A stretch of DNA of 36,667 bases from Terrimicrobiaceae bacterium (GCA_041752695.1 JBGSVZ010000040.1:1-36667), one strand, 5' to 3'. Shown: positions 18,537 to 28,425, counted from the stretch's first letter. The notes: generated by a model from the sequence alone, not told the origin. Numbers and translations: made by a program.

Positions 18537-19834
18537 GCGTAGAAACATTGCATATCTTCGCGGGGGGCAAGTGGATGGGGCGCATGGACCGGGATCGAAA
18601 AAGAGACCGATTGAGTTTCCATTACGAGGCGGCATGGCGTTCAGATTCAGACGCCTTCCCGCTTTCCCTATCGATGCCCCTGGCGGCCACCGAACACGGG
18701 CATGATTCCGTGGAATCGTTTATTTGGGGACTTCTGCCCGACAATGATGGAGTTTTGCGTCGTTGGGGCGAGCGATTTCATGTTTCGCCCCGCAATCCCT
18801 TTCATCTTCTCTGGCATGTGGGAGAAGAGTGCGCCGGGGCCATTCAATTCATTCGTCCAGAGCGTGTCGAAGAATGGTCTGGTCCTTCGGCACCGGGAGA
18901 GATTTCCTGGCTGACCGAGGCGAAAATTGGCGAGAGAATCAAACTTTTGCTATCCGATCACAGTGCGACCCGGACGGGTACGGACACTGGATACTTTAGC
19001 CTCGCGGGAGCTCAACCTAAGACGGCCTTTTATTACGACCCGGAAGAGGATCGATGGGGGGTTCCCAGTGGGACTATTCCCACAACCCATATTTTCAAAC
19101 CGGCAGCGGAAACATTTGATGGTTTTGCTGAAAATGAGCATTTTTGCATGCGTTTGGCGAAGTCCGTCGGACTGTCAACAGCAGCATCAACGGTTCGATA
19201 TTTTGCCGATCAGCCGGTGATCGTCGTGGAGCGCTATGACCGGGTACGGACGGGCGATGGGGTGATTCGCATCCATCAAGAGGATATGTGCCAGGCACTC
19301 GCCTGCCCCCCTCAACAAAAATATCAAGCCAAAGGCGGGCCGTCGCCCGCAGCCATCATGGACCTCATCCGTCAATATTCCGTTGATCGGGCTGCGGACG
19401 AGCAGCGCTTTGTGGATTCCCTCGCCTACAACTGGCTGATTGGCGGCACCGATGCCCACGCGAAAAACTATGGATTTCTGATAGCGCCGGGAGGCCAGAT
19501 CAGAATGGCTCCCCTCTACGACTTGTCGAGTGCCCTCCCGTATCCCAAGCAAGTGGATCTGCGCCGAGCCGGACTCGCCATGAAAATAGGCGGCTCCTAC
19601 AAACTCCGGGAAATCAACCTCAAGCAATGGTCCAAGTTTGCGGACGAGCTACGCGTGGATTCTGACAAGCTCATTCAAAGGATACGGCGTCTGGCTGAGT
19701 CGCTACCGGCAGAGTCGCGACGAATCGGAGCCGAACTTGAAGAACAGGGATTGAAGCATGATGTGATCCCGCGCTTGATCGCGGAGATTTCCGAGAGGTC
19801 AAATTTCTGCCTAAAATCTCTTGTGCCAGCATAG
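18533..19834 (+). CDS. hipA: HipA-family toxin kinase
   Basis: PLSLSMP, GLLPDN, SLAGAQPK, PTTHIFKP, NEHFCM, VVERYDR, IHQEDMCQAL, GGTDAHAKN, MAPLYD. Confidence 0.95.
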   Translation: MSVETLHIFAGGKWMGRMDRDRKRDRLSFHYEAAWRSDSDAFPLSLSMPLAATEHGHDSVESFIWGLLPDNDGVLRRWGERFHVSPRNPFHLLWHVGEECAGAIQFIRPERVEEWSGPSAPGEISWLTEAKIGERIKLLLSDHSATRTGTDTGYFSLAGAQPKTAFYYDPEEDRWGVPSGTIPTTHIFKPAAETFDGFAENEHFCMRLAKSVGLSTAASTVRYFADQPVIVVERYDRVRTGDGVIRIHQEDMCQALACPPQQKYQAKGGPSPAAIMDLIRQYSVDRAADEQRFVDSLAYNWLIGGTDAHAKNYGFLIAPGGQIRMAPLYDLSSALPYPKQVDLRRAGLAMKIGGSYKLREINLKQWSKFADELRVDSDKLIQRIRRLAESLPAESRRIGAELEEQGLKHDVIPRLIAEISERSNFCLKSLVPA

Positions 19835-20056
19835 ACTCGCGATGACTTCCGTTCGATGATTTCGGATACAAGATAGCGTCAGCCTACGTCAAAGGCGCAG
19901 ATTCCAGAGGCACTTCAGCCCCCTCCCAATTCGCACAGGAATGAATGCTGGGAACCACCCAAACTTGATTTGCGGCCCTGCAATCTGTCAAACGACGCTA
20001 TCTATCGTTCTTCAGTCAGCCTTTGTTCAAGTCTCTTTCTCGGTGTCGGCAGGTCG

Positions 20057-20098
20057 ATAACCTGAAGGTCGTAGGTTCAAATCCTACCCCCGCAACCA
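20057..20098 (+). other. 3' half of initiator tRNA-Met (att-like fragment, not a complete tRNA)
   Basis: ATAACCTGAAGGTCGTAGGTTCAAATCCTACCCCCGCAACCA. Similarity begins within the anticodon loop; the 5' half (CGCGGGG...) is absent. Confidence 0.85.
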
Positions 20099-20103
20099 AT
20101 TTT

Positions 20104-20139
20104 AAGCCCTGACAACACGAAGTGCTGTCAGGGCTTTTT
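20104..20139 (+). terminator. Rho-independent terminator after the tRNA fragment
   Basis: AAGCCCTGACA...TGTCAGGGCTT stem followed by a T-run. Confidence 0.75.
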
Positions 20140-20418
20140 GTTGATAATCAACGACTTACGAGGGACTCTGCAAATCCCGCCGCTAAAAACTCCGATTTTT
20201 TAGAGTTAACAGGAAACGGATGGAAATCACAGGAAGTGGCCCAAACTTGTACGCCAGTTATACGCCGAAAAGGTCGTTGCACCGAGCTTTGCCTTGCGCT
20301 CCAGATCATGGTTCTTTCCGGCAGATACCGCCGGTGGCTGAACACCCACCTGGCGAGCTCTGAGACATGAGCAATGGAATGGTTGTCCCGGCATCCTTAA
20401 CTCGTCTACAGGGAGAGG

Positions 20419-21084
20419 ATGCACGACCCATTGGAAGAAACCTCGGATTCCCTTCGACAGGAATTGCTGGCGAATCTCGATGGAATGGCGGGTTGCCTGG
20501 ACCTCCTCGTCAGCAGCGGTCAACTCACCGGTCTCCAGCGCGAACATGTCGCCTCCGCCGTGCAATACACGGCCAACTTGCGAGCAATTTTGGAAGGCCT
20601 CGCCGAATGCGTTCAAATTAGTCGCGGAAGATTTGTTTCCCAACCACAGAAAACGGATATGAGCGTGCTTCTGCATTCCCTCGCAAGGCTCCATGCTCCT
20701 CCTCTGGCCGAACGGGGAATAGAATTCGCCGTGGAAATTGACACCGGGATTCCATCGACCTTGATGGTAGATGGGACCCACCTCCGATTGATTCTCTCGA
20801 ATTTGCTGGCAGCGGCTCTCAATCTCGCGGGTTTGGCGCACATTGCATTGGAAGCAAAGGAGAATAGGGTTCACCAATCTGGAATAACTCTTTCTCTTTG
20901 CGCATCTTGCACGCCGGATTCCAAATCGGCCACACCCGACGCCACAAATCAACCTTACTCCGATCTTGATTCGGGTGTTCACATAGCGAGCAAGATCGCC
21001 AAAGCTCTCGGTTGGCATTTGGCGGTTCGAGACGAAGGCAATACGATGGCATTTCTCCTTGCGATACCCGACTCTGTTGGGTGA
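20419..21084 (+). CDS. Degenerate histidine-kinase-like protein (HisKA/HATPase remnant, no sensor)
   Basis: LRQELLANLDGMAGCLDLL resembles an H-box with H replaced by Q; DGTHLRLILSNLLAAALN resembles an N-box; DSGVHIASKIAKALG resembles G2. GGGAGAGG lies directly upstream. Confidence 0.6.
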   Translation: MHDPLEETSDSLRQELLANLDGMAGCLDLLVSSGQLTGLQREHVASAVQYTANLRAILEGLAECVQISRGRFVSQPQKTDMSVLLHSLARLHAPPLAERGIEFAVEIDTGIPSTLMVDGTHLRLILSNLLAAALNLAGLAHIALEAKENRVHQSGITLSLCASCTPDSKSATPDATNQPYSDLDSGVHIASKIAKALGWHLAVRDEGNTMAFLLAIPDSVG

Positions 21085-21137
21085 AAGCACAGGTCTGGCC
21101 TTGATCTTGGCCGCAACTCCCGGCACCATCGAACGTA

Positions 21138-21608
21138 ATGCAGGCAAGTCAACCCAGCGAACCGGCGGGCGACCGGATAATTTCCCCGTTTTCAGATGCC
21201 GAAAGCCCTTCTTTCCGAGGGAAATCTAAACGCAATTTGGCGTTGTGGGTTGTCCTTGGAGTGATCGCGCTTTTGATTATTGGGGTTGGGGCATTTTTCC
21301 TCGCCCGCCACCTAAATGACCCTCTTCGCACGCTGGAAGCATTCCCGGTTGCCAAATACATTGAGGGCTACAAGGCGCTTGCCGGATCGAAATTTCGAGG
21401 AAAACTCCGAGTTGAAAACGATCTCGGATGGAAAGAGGGCAGCGGTCGGCTCATGGTGTTCTCGCTTCAGGACGATCCCCGGCCAATAGTGGTCATGATT
21501 CCACCGAGTCTCGCCCAGATATATTTTACCAAAGGGCAATCCTACGAGGGAGAACTTGAAGTGAAAGAGGGAGGTCTTATCTATGCAAATTCCATTCGTA
21601 AAAATTAG
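21138..21608 (+). CDS. Single-TM hypothetical protein with a small beta-rich extracytoplasmic domain
   Basis: KSKRN followed by about 22 hydrophobic residues; overlaps the next gene. Confidence 0.75.
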   Translation: MQASQPSEPAGDRIISPFSDAESPSFRGKSKRNLALWVVLGVIALLIIGVGAFFLARHLNDPLRTLEAFPVAKYIEGYKALAGSKFRGKLRVENDLGWKEGSGRLMVFSLQDDPRPIVVMIPPSLAQIYFTKGQSYEGELEVKEGGLIYANSIRKN

Positions 21609-23523
21609 CGCTGGCATCTTTGCGGCTGGTTCCCTTGCGCTGGCCCAAAATGCCCCGCAGCCGACCCCAGACGCTGTTCCGTCGCCTTCTCCTGTGGCGA
21701 CATCCACTGATGGAAATGGCGCTCCCAATGCGGCACGTGGATCCACCGGCGGAACCGACACCTCCGCGGCCTTGGACTATCTGATGAACCGCAAGCCGCA
21801 GGACGGCAGTGCGGGAAAGCATGCTCTTGATGCCGGCAAGCGGGCCGAAACAAAGGCCGTTGCCGAGGATGCCGTGGGTATTCCCCGGCAGGAGGATTCG
21901 GAAATGCGCGCCCGGTTCGAGCGATACCTTGGCACGGCTCAAGTGCCTCAGGAGAAACTCGACGAGTATTTCGCGAAGATGAAGAAAGTTTCGGCCCTTC
22001 TTCGCGAGAATCAGGTTTTTCCGGCTTGGAAGGAACTTCATGACCTCTCCGACGAGACGATCATCGACGCCGGCATCAGCCGGGAACTGGCCAACAGGGT
22101 AGAGTCCATCTGGAATACCGGCCGCGCCAATATCAGTCTCGACCAGAAAAACGAAAAACTGCGCAAAGACGTAAAAACCGCCAATGCCAATGCCGACTTG
22201 ATGTCCGAAAGCATTATGGACAAGGAGATTGAGTTGCAGCGCAAACTCAATCAGGGGAAACGCCAGCAGCAGGGTTCCCAAGGCAACGCTCCCAATGGCG
22301 GCGTTCCCCAGATGCCAGACGGAGGCGGCGCGCAGGGCAGCGTGGTAGGGCTGGAAGGGAAACTGCAGTTGACCGAGGAATATTTGCGCTCTCTGGAACT
22401 CAAGGCCCGGATCAAATTCAACGAACTCAAGCAGGAAAAGCTCCTTGAGCAGGCCAAGGCGGATTTTTCCGAGTACATTTCGACCTTGTACAATAGCGGG
22501 CGTTTGAATCACGTAGTTCTCGCCGCGGATTTCTACCGAAAGGTTTTCCAGGAAGGCGAATATCCCGCCGACATGGCCAAGCAGGTCAACGCTTCTCTGG
22601 AAATCAATCGGGATGTCCAGAGCGCGGTTGATGTGTTCCGCTACAAGGTGGAACGGAAGCAAATCGCCGGAGCCAGCGACAGCTTGCAACGTGCCTTCAT
22701 GATCAGCGAGCTTAACCCGTCTGTTTTGGGGTTGGAACGCTCCTTGAAAGAAAAGGTGGCGGATTTCACTGCGAACATCGATCAGATGCGTAACTTCATC
22801 GAAGCAAGAGACTTCGGGAATCTCGAAGAGCTTCTGACGGAAATCAAGAAGTCTGCCACGGATTTCGACACGACCAAGCCGATGGCCATCGTCAACGCCG
22901 TGAAGCTGGAGAGCAAGATGCGCCTTGGCAAAGCCAAGCTCGCCGCGCAGCAGGGCGACACGAAACTTGCCATGGAGGAATTTCAGGCGGCGGCGGAAGC
23001 CTGGCCGGGAAATCCTGACTTGGAGGACAAGGCTCTGAAATTTTTTGACACTCAGGACGTTAAGTCGCAGTTGCTGACGGAATTCGACCGGCTGGACGAG
23101 GAGCAGAATTACCGCGCCATCTTCGACAAACAACTGGCTTTTGCCCCCGCCATCAAGGGTGATGCGAAGCGGGAGGAGGCATTGAAGAAAGCCCTACTGT
23201 CCATCAAGAATGCTGAAATGGCGTCCGAGAAAGCCAGCGTCATGATGATGAACGGCGATGTCTTCGGCGCGTGGGAGGCCATCGAATTGGCGTCAGCCGA
23301 CCTTCCAGACGACAAGAAGCTCAACAAGCTAAGGGCCGACCTATCCGGCCGCAGTGCGGAGTTCGTCTCTGCCGTCAACAAGGCGCGGGATGCCGAGGGG
23401 CGGAACGAGCTCGGCTACAGCCTGACCTGGTACGTTAACGCCCAGCGGCAATACCCCGCCAGCCAGATTGCCAATCAGGGCATTGAGCGTTTGAGCAAGA
23501 AATTGCTGGAAGCCAAGCTTTGA
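21583..23523 (+). CDS. Secreted alpha-helical (coiled-coil/TPR-like) hypothetical protein
   Basis: Signal peptide ending ALA-Q, P/S/T-rich linker, long K/E/L/A-rich helical sequence; 646-aa clean ORF. Confidence 0.8.
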   Translation: MQIPFVKISAGIFAAGSLALAQNAPQPTPDAVPSPSPVATSTDGNGAPNAARGSTGGTDTSAALDYLMNRKPQDGSAGKHALDAGKRAETKAVAEDAVGIPRQEDSEMRARFERYLGTAQVPQEKLDEYFAKMKKVSALLRENQVFPAWKELHDLSDETIIDAGISRELANRVESIWNTGRANISLDQKNEKLRKDVKTANANADLMSESIMDKEIELQRKLNQGKRQQQGSQGNAPNGGVPQMPDGGGAQGSVVGLEGKLQLTEEYLRSLELKARIKFNELKQEKLLEQAKADFSEYISTLYNSGRLNHVVLAADFYRKVFQEGEYPADMAKQVNASLEINRDVQSAVDVFRYKVERKQIAGASDSLQRAFMISELNPSVLGLERSLKEKVADFTANIDQMRNFIEARDFGNLEELLTEIKKSATDFDTTKPMAIVNAVKLESKMRLGKAKLAAQQGDTKLAMEEFQAAAEAWPGNPDLEDKALKFFDTQDVKSQLLTEFDRLDEEQNYRAIFDKQLAFAPAIKGDAKREEALKKALLSIKNAEMASEKASVMMMNGDVFGAWEAIELASADLPDDKKLNKLRADLSGRSAEFVSAVNKARDAEGRNELGYSLTWYVNAQRQYPASQIANQGIERLSKKLLEAKL

Positions 23524-23544
23524 CAAGCCAATTGAACTGATCGG

Positions 23545-25239
23545 ATGGCAAGCGCGATCAGTGTCCGCAATCTTTCGATTGCCGTCCGGGAGAAGCGTCG
23601 AATCAAAACGCTCCTTACCGGTGTCAATTTTGGAATCGAGCGAGGAAAGTTTGTTGCCGTCATCGGAGCATCTGGGTGCGGCAAAAGCACTCTGATCAAA
23701 TCCTTGGCAGGGCTTGTCCAACCCTCCTCGGGCGAAGTCTCGTTTGCTGGTCAGACCGTCCAGAATTTGAACGATCATCTGCCATTGGCGATTGGCTACC
23801 TACCCCAATTCGGTGCTTTCCATGAGAAATTTACGGTTGGAGAAAACCTCGACACGGCGGCAGCCTTGCGGCTGCCCCGTGAGGTAACGGAGGCTCGGCG
23901 ACAGGCGTGGATGAATCACATCACGGAGCTCGCTCGCATTGGACCTCTTTTGCCCCAGGAATATCGAACTCTATCTGGGGGACAAATGCGACGTATGGCC
24001 CTGGCCGAAGAACTAATCGGCGATCCGGCTTTCCTGTTGCTGGACGAATTGACCAGCGGCCTTGATGCCTTTTCCGACCAGGAGATGATGGCATGGTTGC
24101 GTGACCTGGCGCACGACATGGCAAAGACCGTCGTCCTTGTCACGCATTCGACCAACAACCTCCACTACTGCGACGCTATCATGTTCCTTCACAAAGGAAG
24201 GCTGGTTCACTACGGCGATTACCAGTCGTTACTGGATTCGCACGGGGTCAAATCCATCGCGCAGCTTTTCGGCATTTACCAGACACAGGACGTTGAACCT
24301 TCCGATCTCGACATCCCCGTCGATGAATTTCCGGACGAAACGGAAAGCCAGACGCTCACGATTAAGTCCATGCCTCCCCCTGGCGGTTTCGTGCAATTCC
24401 CGACGCTGCTGAGTCGGCAGGCAAAGCTGTTCTGGCGGGATCGCGGGCAAATCGTCTTGCACGTAGCGCTGATCCTGACCTTTCCTTTCCTTGTTGCAGT
24501 GTTCGCGACCAGCGGGCTGCCGCAGGTGCGAAGCCAGACGCTTTCGCTCGAAACCAACATCCTCCGCACGCTCCAAGAGCAGCTTTTCTACCTCAAAGAG
24601 TCGTTTCAAGCAGCCTCGCTGATTTCGGGATTGGCGATGTTCCAAGTGATCCTCTTGACCCTGATCGGCGCGAACAATGGCGCGAGGGAAATCGCCAAGG
24701 AGAAGGGGATTCTCGCCAAGGAATTGCGTGCCGGCCTGTCGCCGACAGCATACGTCGGGGTAAAATTTCTTCAGATTGCGCTACTGTGTGCAGTGCAGGC
24801 ATTCTGGATGGCATGGTTTGTCAAAACCATCTGCGGCTTCCCTGGGGATCTGTTTTCTCAATTCGCCATTCTGTTTGCCACCACGCTTGCCATGAGCACA
24901 GCATGTCTGGCTATCTCGGCAGCGTCTCCTTCGCCTGAGAGAGCATCCCTTTTGGCCATCTATCTTGTGGGGTTTCAGCTTCCTCTTTCCGGAGCAGCGC
25001 TCGCCCTTCCCGAATGGCTCAGCACGATATGCCGCCCATTTATCGCCGCCTACTGGGGATGGAGCGGATACCTGCAAACCTTCCGTGACACGCGATATTT
25101 CGACATTGTGCGGCAATCGAGCGAGACATGGGTTGCTCCTTACTCTCTCTGCCTTTCGGTGTTGGGAGTGCATGTGTTGCTTGCGCTGATTGCCGCCATT
25201 TTCCTCACATCTACCGTCAAACGGGGAGTCTCCGAATGA
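23545..25239 (+). CDS. ABC transporter, fused ATPase + ABC-2 permease (ABCG-type architecture)
   Basis: GASGCGKS, LSGGQ, LLLDE, VTH; C-terminal hydrophobic helices with REIAKE..ILAKE. Confidence 0.92.
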   Translation: MASAISVRNLSIAVREKRRIKTLLTGVNFGIERGKFVAVIGASGCGKSTLIKSLAGLVQPSSGEVSFAGQTVQNLNDHLPLAIGYLPQFGAFHEKFTVGENLDTAAALRLPREVTEARRQAWMNHITELARIGPLLPQEYRTLSGGQMRRMALAEELIGDPAFLLLDELTSGLDAFSDQEMMAWLRDLAHDMAKTVVLVTHSTNNLHYCDAIMFLHKGRLVHYGDYQSLLDSHGVKSIAQLFGIYQTQDVEPSDLDIPVDEFPDETESQTLTIKSMPPPGGFVQFPTLLSRQAKLFWRDRGQIVLHVALILTFPFLVAVFATSGLPQVRSQTLSLETNILRTLQEQLFYLKESFQAASLISGLAMFQVILLTLIGANNGAREIAKEKGILAKELRAGLSPTAYVGVKFLQIALLCAVQAFWMAWFVKTICGFPGDLFSQFAILFATTLAMSTACLAISAASPSPERASLLAIYLVGFQLPLSGAALALPEWLSTICRPFIAAYWGWSGYLQTFRDTRYFDIVRQSSETWVAPYSLCLSVLGVHVLLALIAAIFLTSTVKRGVSE

Positions 25240-26054
25240 AGCTGGCCGCGATATTATTCCTGATTGGAATTGCCATCGTTTCAGCGGCCGAAAAAATTGA
25301 GACACTTCGACTCGAACCAGCTCCGAACATGACGCGGGCGGAACTTCATTTCGTAGAGACTGTTCCGTCGCCCAAGGCCGTGCTTGTTTTGTGTCCGGGA
25401 AGCAATGGCAGTGCGGAAAATCAAATCCGCGCCAACCAATGGATCGATTTTGCAAAGAATCACGATCTTGGTTTGGTCGGACTCTCTTTCGCCTCTCCCG
25501 AGTCCGCCCTTCACGATGACACTGGTTACTACTACGTTTCCGAGGGATCTGGCGAGAAACTCCTGGAAGGGATTCGGAGAATTTTTGGCAAAGATCTGCC
25601 CTTGTTGCTCTACGGAATATCAGGAGGCGCGCACTTCACCAGCCGCTTCGAGCAATGGAAGCCCAACCGGGTCCTGACCTGGTGCGCGTATTCCGCAGGA
25701 TGGTGGGACAAGCCCCACTCCTCCCCGGCTGCTCCACCCGGCATTGTGGCATGCGGCGACGAGGACGGTCGCTACGGGGCATCGCTGATTTATTTTAAGC
25801 AGGGACGGGCTGCCGGGAATCGCTGGCTTTGGGTCAGTCTTCCTAAAACGGGGCATTCCTACAGTCCCGAGCTGGATGATTTCGTGAGAAACTATTTCGC
25901 CACCATCTTGTCATCGAGAACATCGAGACCATCGTGGGTTGACATCGATCAAGAAGAGGCACTCCCTCCTGGAGTGGAGATTCATCCCGCATTGAGTGCC
26001 TGGCTGCCATCGGAAAAACTCTTTGACCAATGGCGAAAAATTCACGAACCGTAG
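25236..26054 (+). CDS. Secreted alpha/beta-hydrolase-fold protein
   Basis: Signal peptide MKLAAILFLIGIAIVSA; nucleophile elbow YGISGG; CGDED; TGH. ATGA overlap with the ABC gene. Confidence 0.8.
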   Translation: MKLAAILFLIGIAIVSAAEKIETLRLEPAPNMTRAELHFVETVPSPKAVLVLCPGSNGSAENQIRANQWIDFAKNHDLGLVGLSFASPESALHDDTGYYYVSEGSGEKLLEGIRRIFGKDLPLLLYGISGGAHFTSRFEQWKPNRVLTWCAYSAGWWDKPHSSPAAPPGIVACGDEDGRYGASLIYFKQGRAAGNRWLWVSLPKTGHSYSPELDDFVRNYFATILSSRTSRPSWVDIDQEEALPPGVEIHPALSAWLPSEKLFDQWRKIHEP

Positions 26055-26100
26055 GATGTATTAACCTCGCAATTTCAGTAGAAAACTGCCGCGAGACACT

Positions 26101-28425
26101 ATGAATATCTTTATTTTTCAGGATGAAATGGAAATCGGCCCCTACGACTGGGTCGATATCGCCATTCTTCTCCATAGAGGCGAACTCGAAGAAATCGTTT
26201 CTGCAAGGATTGGAAGCGATTCTAAGTCATTGCACGACTGGGGGTTCTGGAAAAAAGGCTCAGAAGGAGGTCCCTTCTCCTGGGATGAGATTTCCCGATT
26301 ACTGGATGCTGGCATCCTGGACCTGGAGACCGAGGCAAGGTTTGCGGAATCCTCCAAGATGTCGAACCTCCGCGAGGTCATTCGAAATAGCAGCGAGGTT
26401 TCCTTAGACGACATCTCGGCATCCCCTCCAAGGACTCCGACCGTCCTATTCGCTATCCCGAAAGTCTTCCTCGCTAGGCCAAAGACAATAGCAGCAATTA
26501 CCAGTTTTGCGCTGTTGCTTGGCGGGCTAACTGTTTTGGTCTTCCTAAAACCATTGGCATCCCCAAGGAAGTTGGCACTTCTGGAAGAGGCCTCGCTAGG
26601 AGCGACGGCTCAAGCACTGCCCGAACAAACTCAGCATGAGCCAACACTCAAACCTGTATCCGACCTTCCCTCTTCGACCGAGACTGTTGCCACATCCTCC
26701 CAACAGGAAACCCCGGCGGAGCCCACGAAGATCGAACCGGTCCCGCCGCAATTGGTATCAGAGCATCCCTCTGAAGCGACAGTTCCTACCCATAACCAGC
26801 CAATGGCGACGAATATCAGCTCCACGGAGAGTGGAACCAGCATTTCTGGCGAGGCGGCAATCGTTCAGGAGCCGGCCGCCGTCGCGGCACCAGCGTCTCC
26901 AGCAACCAAGAGCACTCAACCATCCGCTCAGAACGCTTCCTCCAAAGTCGTGGCAAGCCGTTCACCCGCACCGGAAATTGCAGCGACAGTCGTCGGGGAT
27001 TTTTTTTCAATTCAGCCCGTCAAATTTCTGAAAAAACCGCCAAGAGACGGGATCGGCGTCTGGCGGTTTTCCGAGGACAAGAAGAAGCCGCTTCCGGACG
27101 AATTTCAGCCATGCTTGGAAGTCAAGGTGGCCGCGAAAGAAAATGTTCGTTCCGACAAATTGACGGCGAAAGCATATTTTTTCGATGGAAATAACACTCT
27201 GATAGCGAGCGCGCTCAAGCCTTCAAAGGCAGGGAAGCAATCCAAGCGCAACCACTTCGACATGCCGGTGCTTTTTTACAAGGACAAACCTGACAGCATC
27301 TTCTTCGAAGTTCCTGAAAACATCCGAAACTCCAAATGGAAAGCCGTGATTGTATTCGGCGATAGACACGAAGCACAATCGGCCTGCTTCCCGAATACCG
27401 AGAGCGACTTTCTTCTAGATTATCCCGAAAAGCAACTCGTCTATGACAGGTCAACAAAAAGAGTAGCCCGCAAGGTGGCCATGGATCCGCTCATTGAGCA
27501 TTTGGTCAAAACTCGCAATCCCCAAATGCCGGAGGTCACACTCTTTCTGCGTCCTCCCAAGGGTGTCACCGAGGCTTCTGAAGTCAAAGGAGTTCTGACG
27601 ATCTGCGTTCTGTCCAACAGTCTAGAAGACATGAAGCGAGAACTTCGCAAAGAAGAAATGCCGGGAGATTATGCGGGGTTATTCAGCTTTGCCAACAAAC
27701 ACAAATTGGCCATCGTCGCATGGGGCTCCCGACGGCTTTGGGACCCAGGTCGAAACTATGATGATTTGCCTAAAGAACAGGCCAGAGAAATTGACAAGTC
27801 TCTAGACACTGTTGCGGCCGCCTGGGAACGAGGAATTATCGAACTTGGTGAAAAATACGGCATTCCCCAGAAAAACTTTCTTCTTTGGGGCAACTGCGGA
27901 TCCGCTCAGTGGGCACAACGTCTTTGCCTAAGAAAGCCGGAATATTTCCTTGCCATTCACATCCACATGCCCGGAAGTTTTGACAAGCCCACGCCGGAAG
28001 CCGCAAATGTTCTCTGGTGTCTCACAATCGGAGAACTGGAGGGCGGGTATGAACGATCCAAACGCTGGGTCAAGACCGTCCGCGAAATGGGATATCCTAT
28101 CGTTTATAAAGCGATTCCCGGTCTAGGCCATGCAGGACATCCCAATGCGGCTGCTTTGGGATTTGAATTTTATGCATTCGCCCTTGCTCACAAGTCCGAA
28201 CTGGAGGAGGATAGGGAAAGTAATTCGAGCCTCGCAAAGACGGCGCTTTCGCGAGCATCTTCAGCAGCCCTTCCGTGGAACGCCATTTTCGAGAATCCAC
28301 CTTACTACGGAGATATGGTGAATCAGGAACTCTATCCGTCGGACGATGTTGCCATGATTCCTCTCGGTTTTCGAATTCCTCTCCCAACAAAGAAGCTCGC
28401 AGACATTTGGGCTCGCAGCGAATGA
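26101..28425 (+). CDS. Tandem GYF_2 domains + TM + P/S/T-rich linker + alpha/beta-hydrolase-like domain
   Basis: IGPYDWVDIAILLHRGEL and GGPFSWDEISRLLDAGIL; TM IAAITSFALLLGGLTVLVFL; WGNCGSAQW, IGELE, LGH. Confidence 0.75.
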   Translation: MNIFIFQDEMEIGPYDWVDIAILLHRGELEEIVSARIGSDSKSLHDWGFWKKGSEGGPFSWDEISRLLDAGILDLETEARFAESSKMSNLREVIRNSSEVSLDDISASPPRTPTVLFAIPKVFLARPKTIAAITSFALLLGGLTVLVFLKPLASPRKLALLEEASLGATAQALPEQTQHEPTLKPVSDLPSSTETVATSSQQETPAEPTKIEPVPPQLVSEHPSEATVPTHNQPMATNISSTESGTSISGEAAIVQEPAAVAAPASPATKSTQPSAQNASSKVVASRSPAPEIAATVVGDFFSIQPVKFLKKPPRDGIGVWRFSEDKKKPLPDEFQPCLEVKVAAKENVRSDKLTAKAYFFDGNNTLIASALKPSKAGKQSKRNHFDMPVLFYKDKPDSIFFEVPENIRNSKWKAVIVFGDRHEAQSACFPNTESDFLLDYPEKQLVYDRSTKRVARKVAMDPLIEHLVKTRNPQMPEVTLFLRPPKGVTEASEVKGVLTICVLSNSLEDMKRELRKEEMPGDYAGLFSFANKHKLAIVAWGSRRLWDPGRNYDDLPKEQAREIDKSLDTVAAAWERGIIELGEKYGIPQKNFLLWGNCGSAQWAQRLCLRKPEYFLAIHIHMPGSFDKPTPEAANVLWCLTIGELEGGYERSKRWVKTVREMGYPIVYKAIPGLGHAGHPNAAALGFEFYAFALAHKSELEEDRESNSSLAKTALSRASSAALPWNAIFENPPYYGDMVNQELYPSDDVAMIPLGFRIPLPTKKLADIWARSE

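Noticed and set aside
20041..20098. Complete tRNA-Met gene
   Set aside because: There is no 5' acceptor strand or D-arm, and the anticodon position reads GAT. Only the 3' half is present.
23545..25239. ABC transporter as the PCAT for the GG precursor
   Set aside because: It has ATPase-first ABCG architecture and no C39 domain, and the precursor has its own Sec-like signal. Any link would be indirect.
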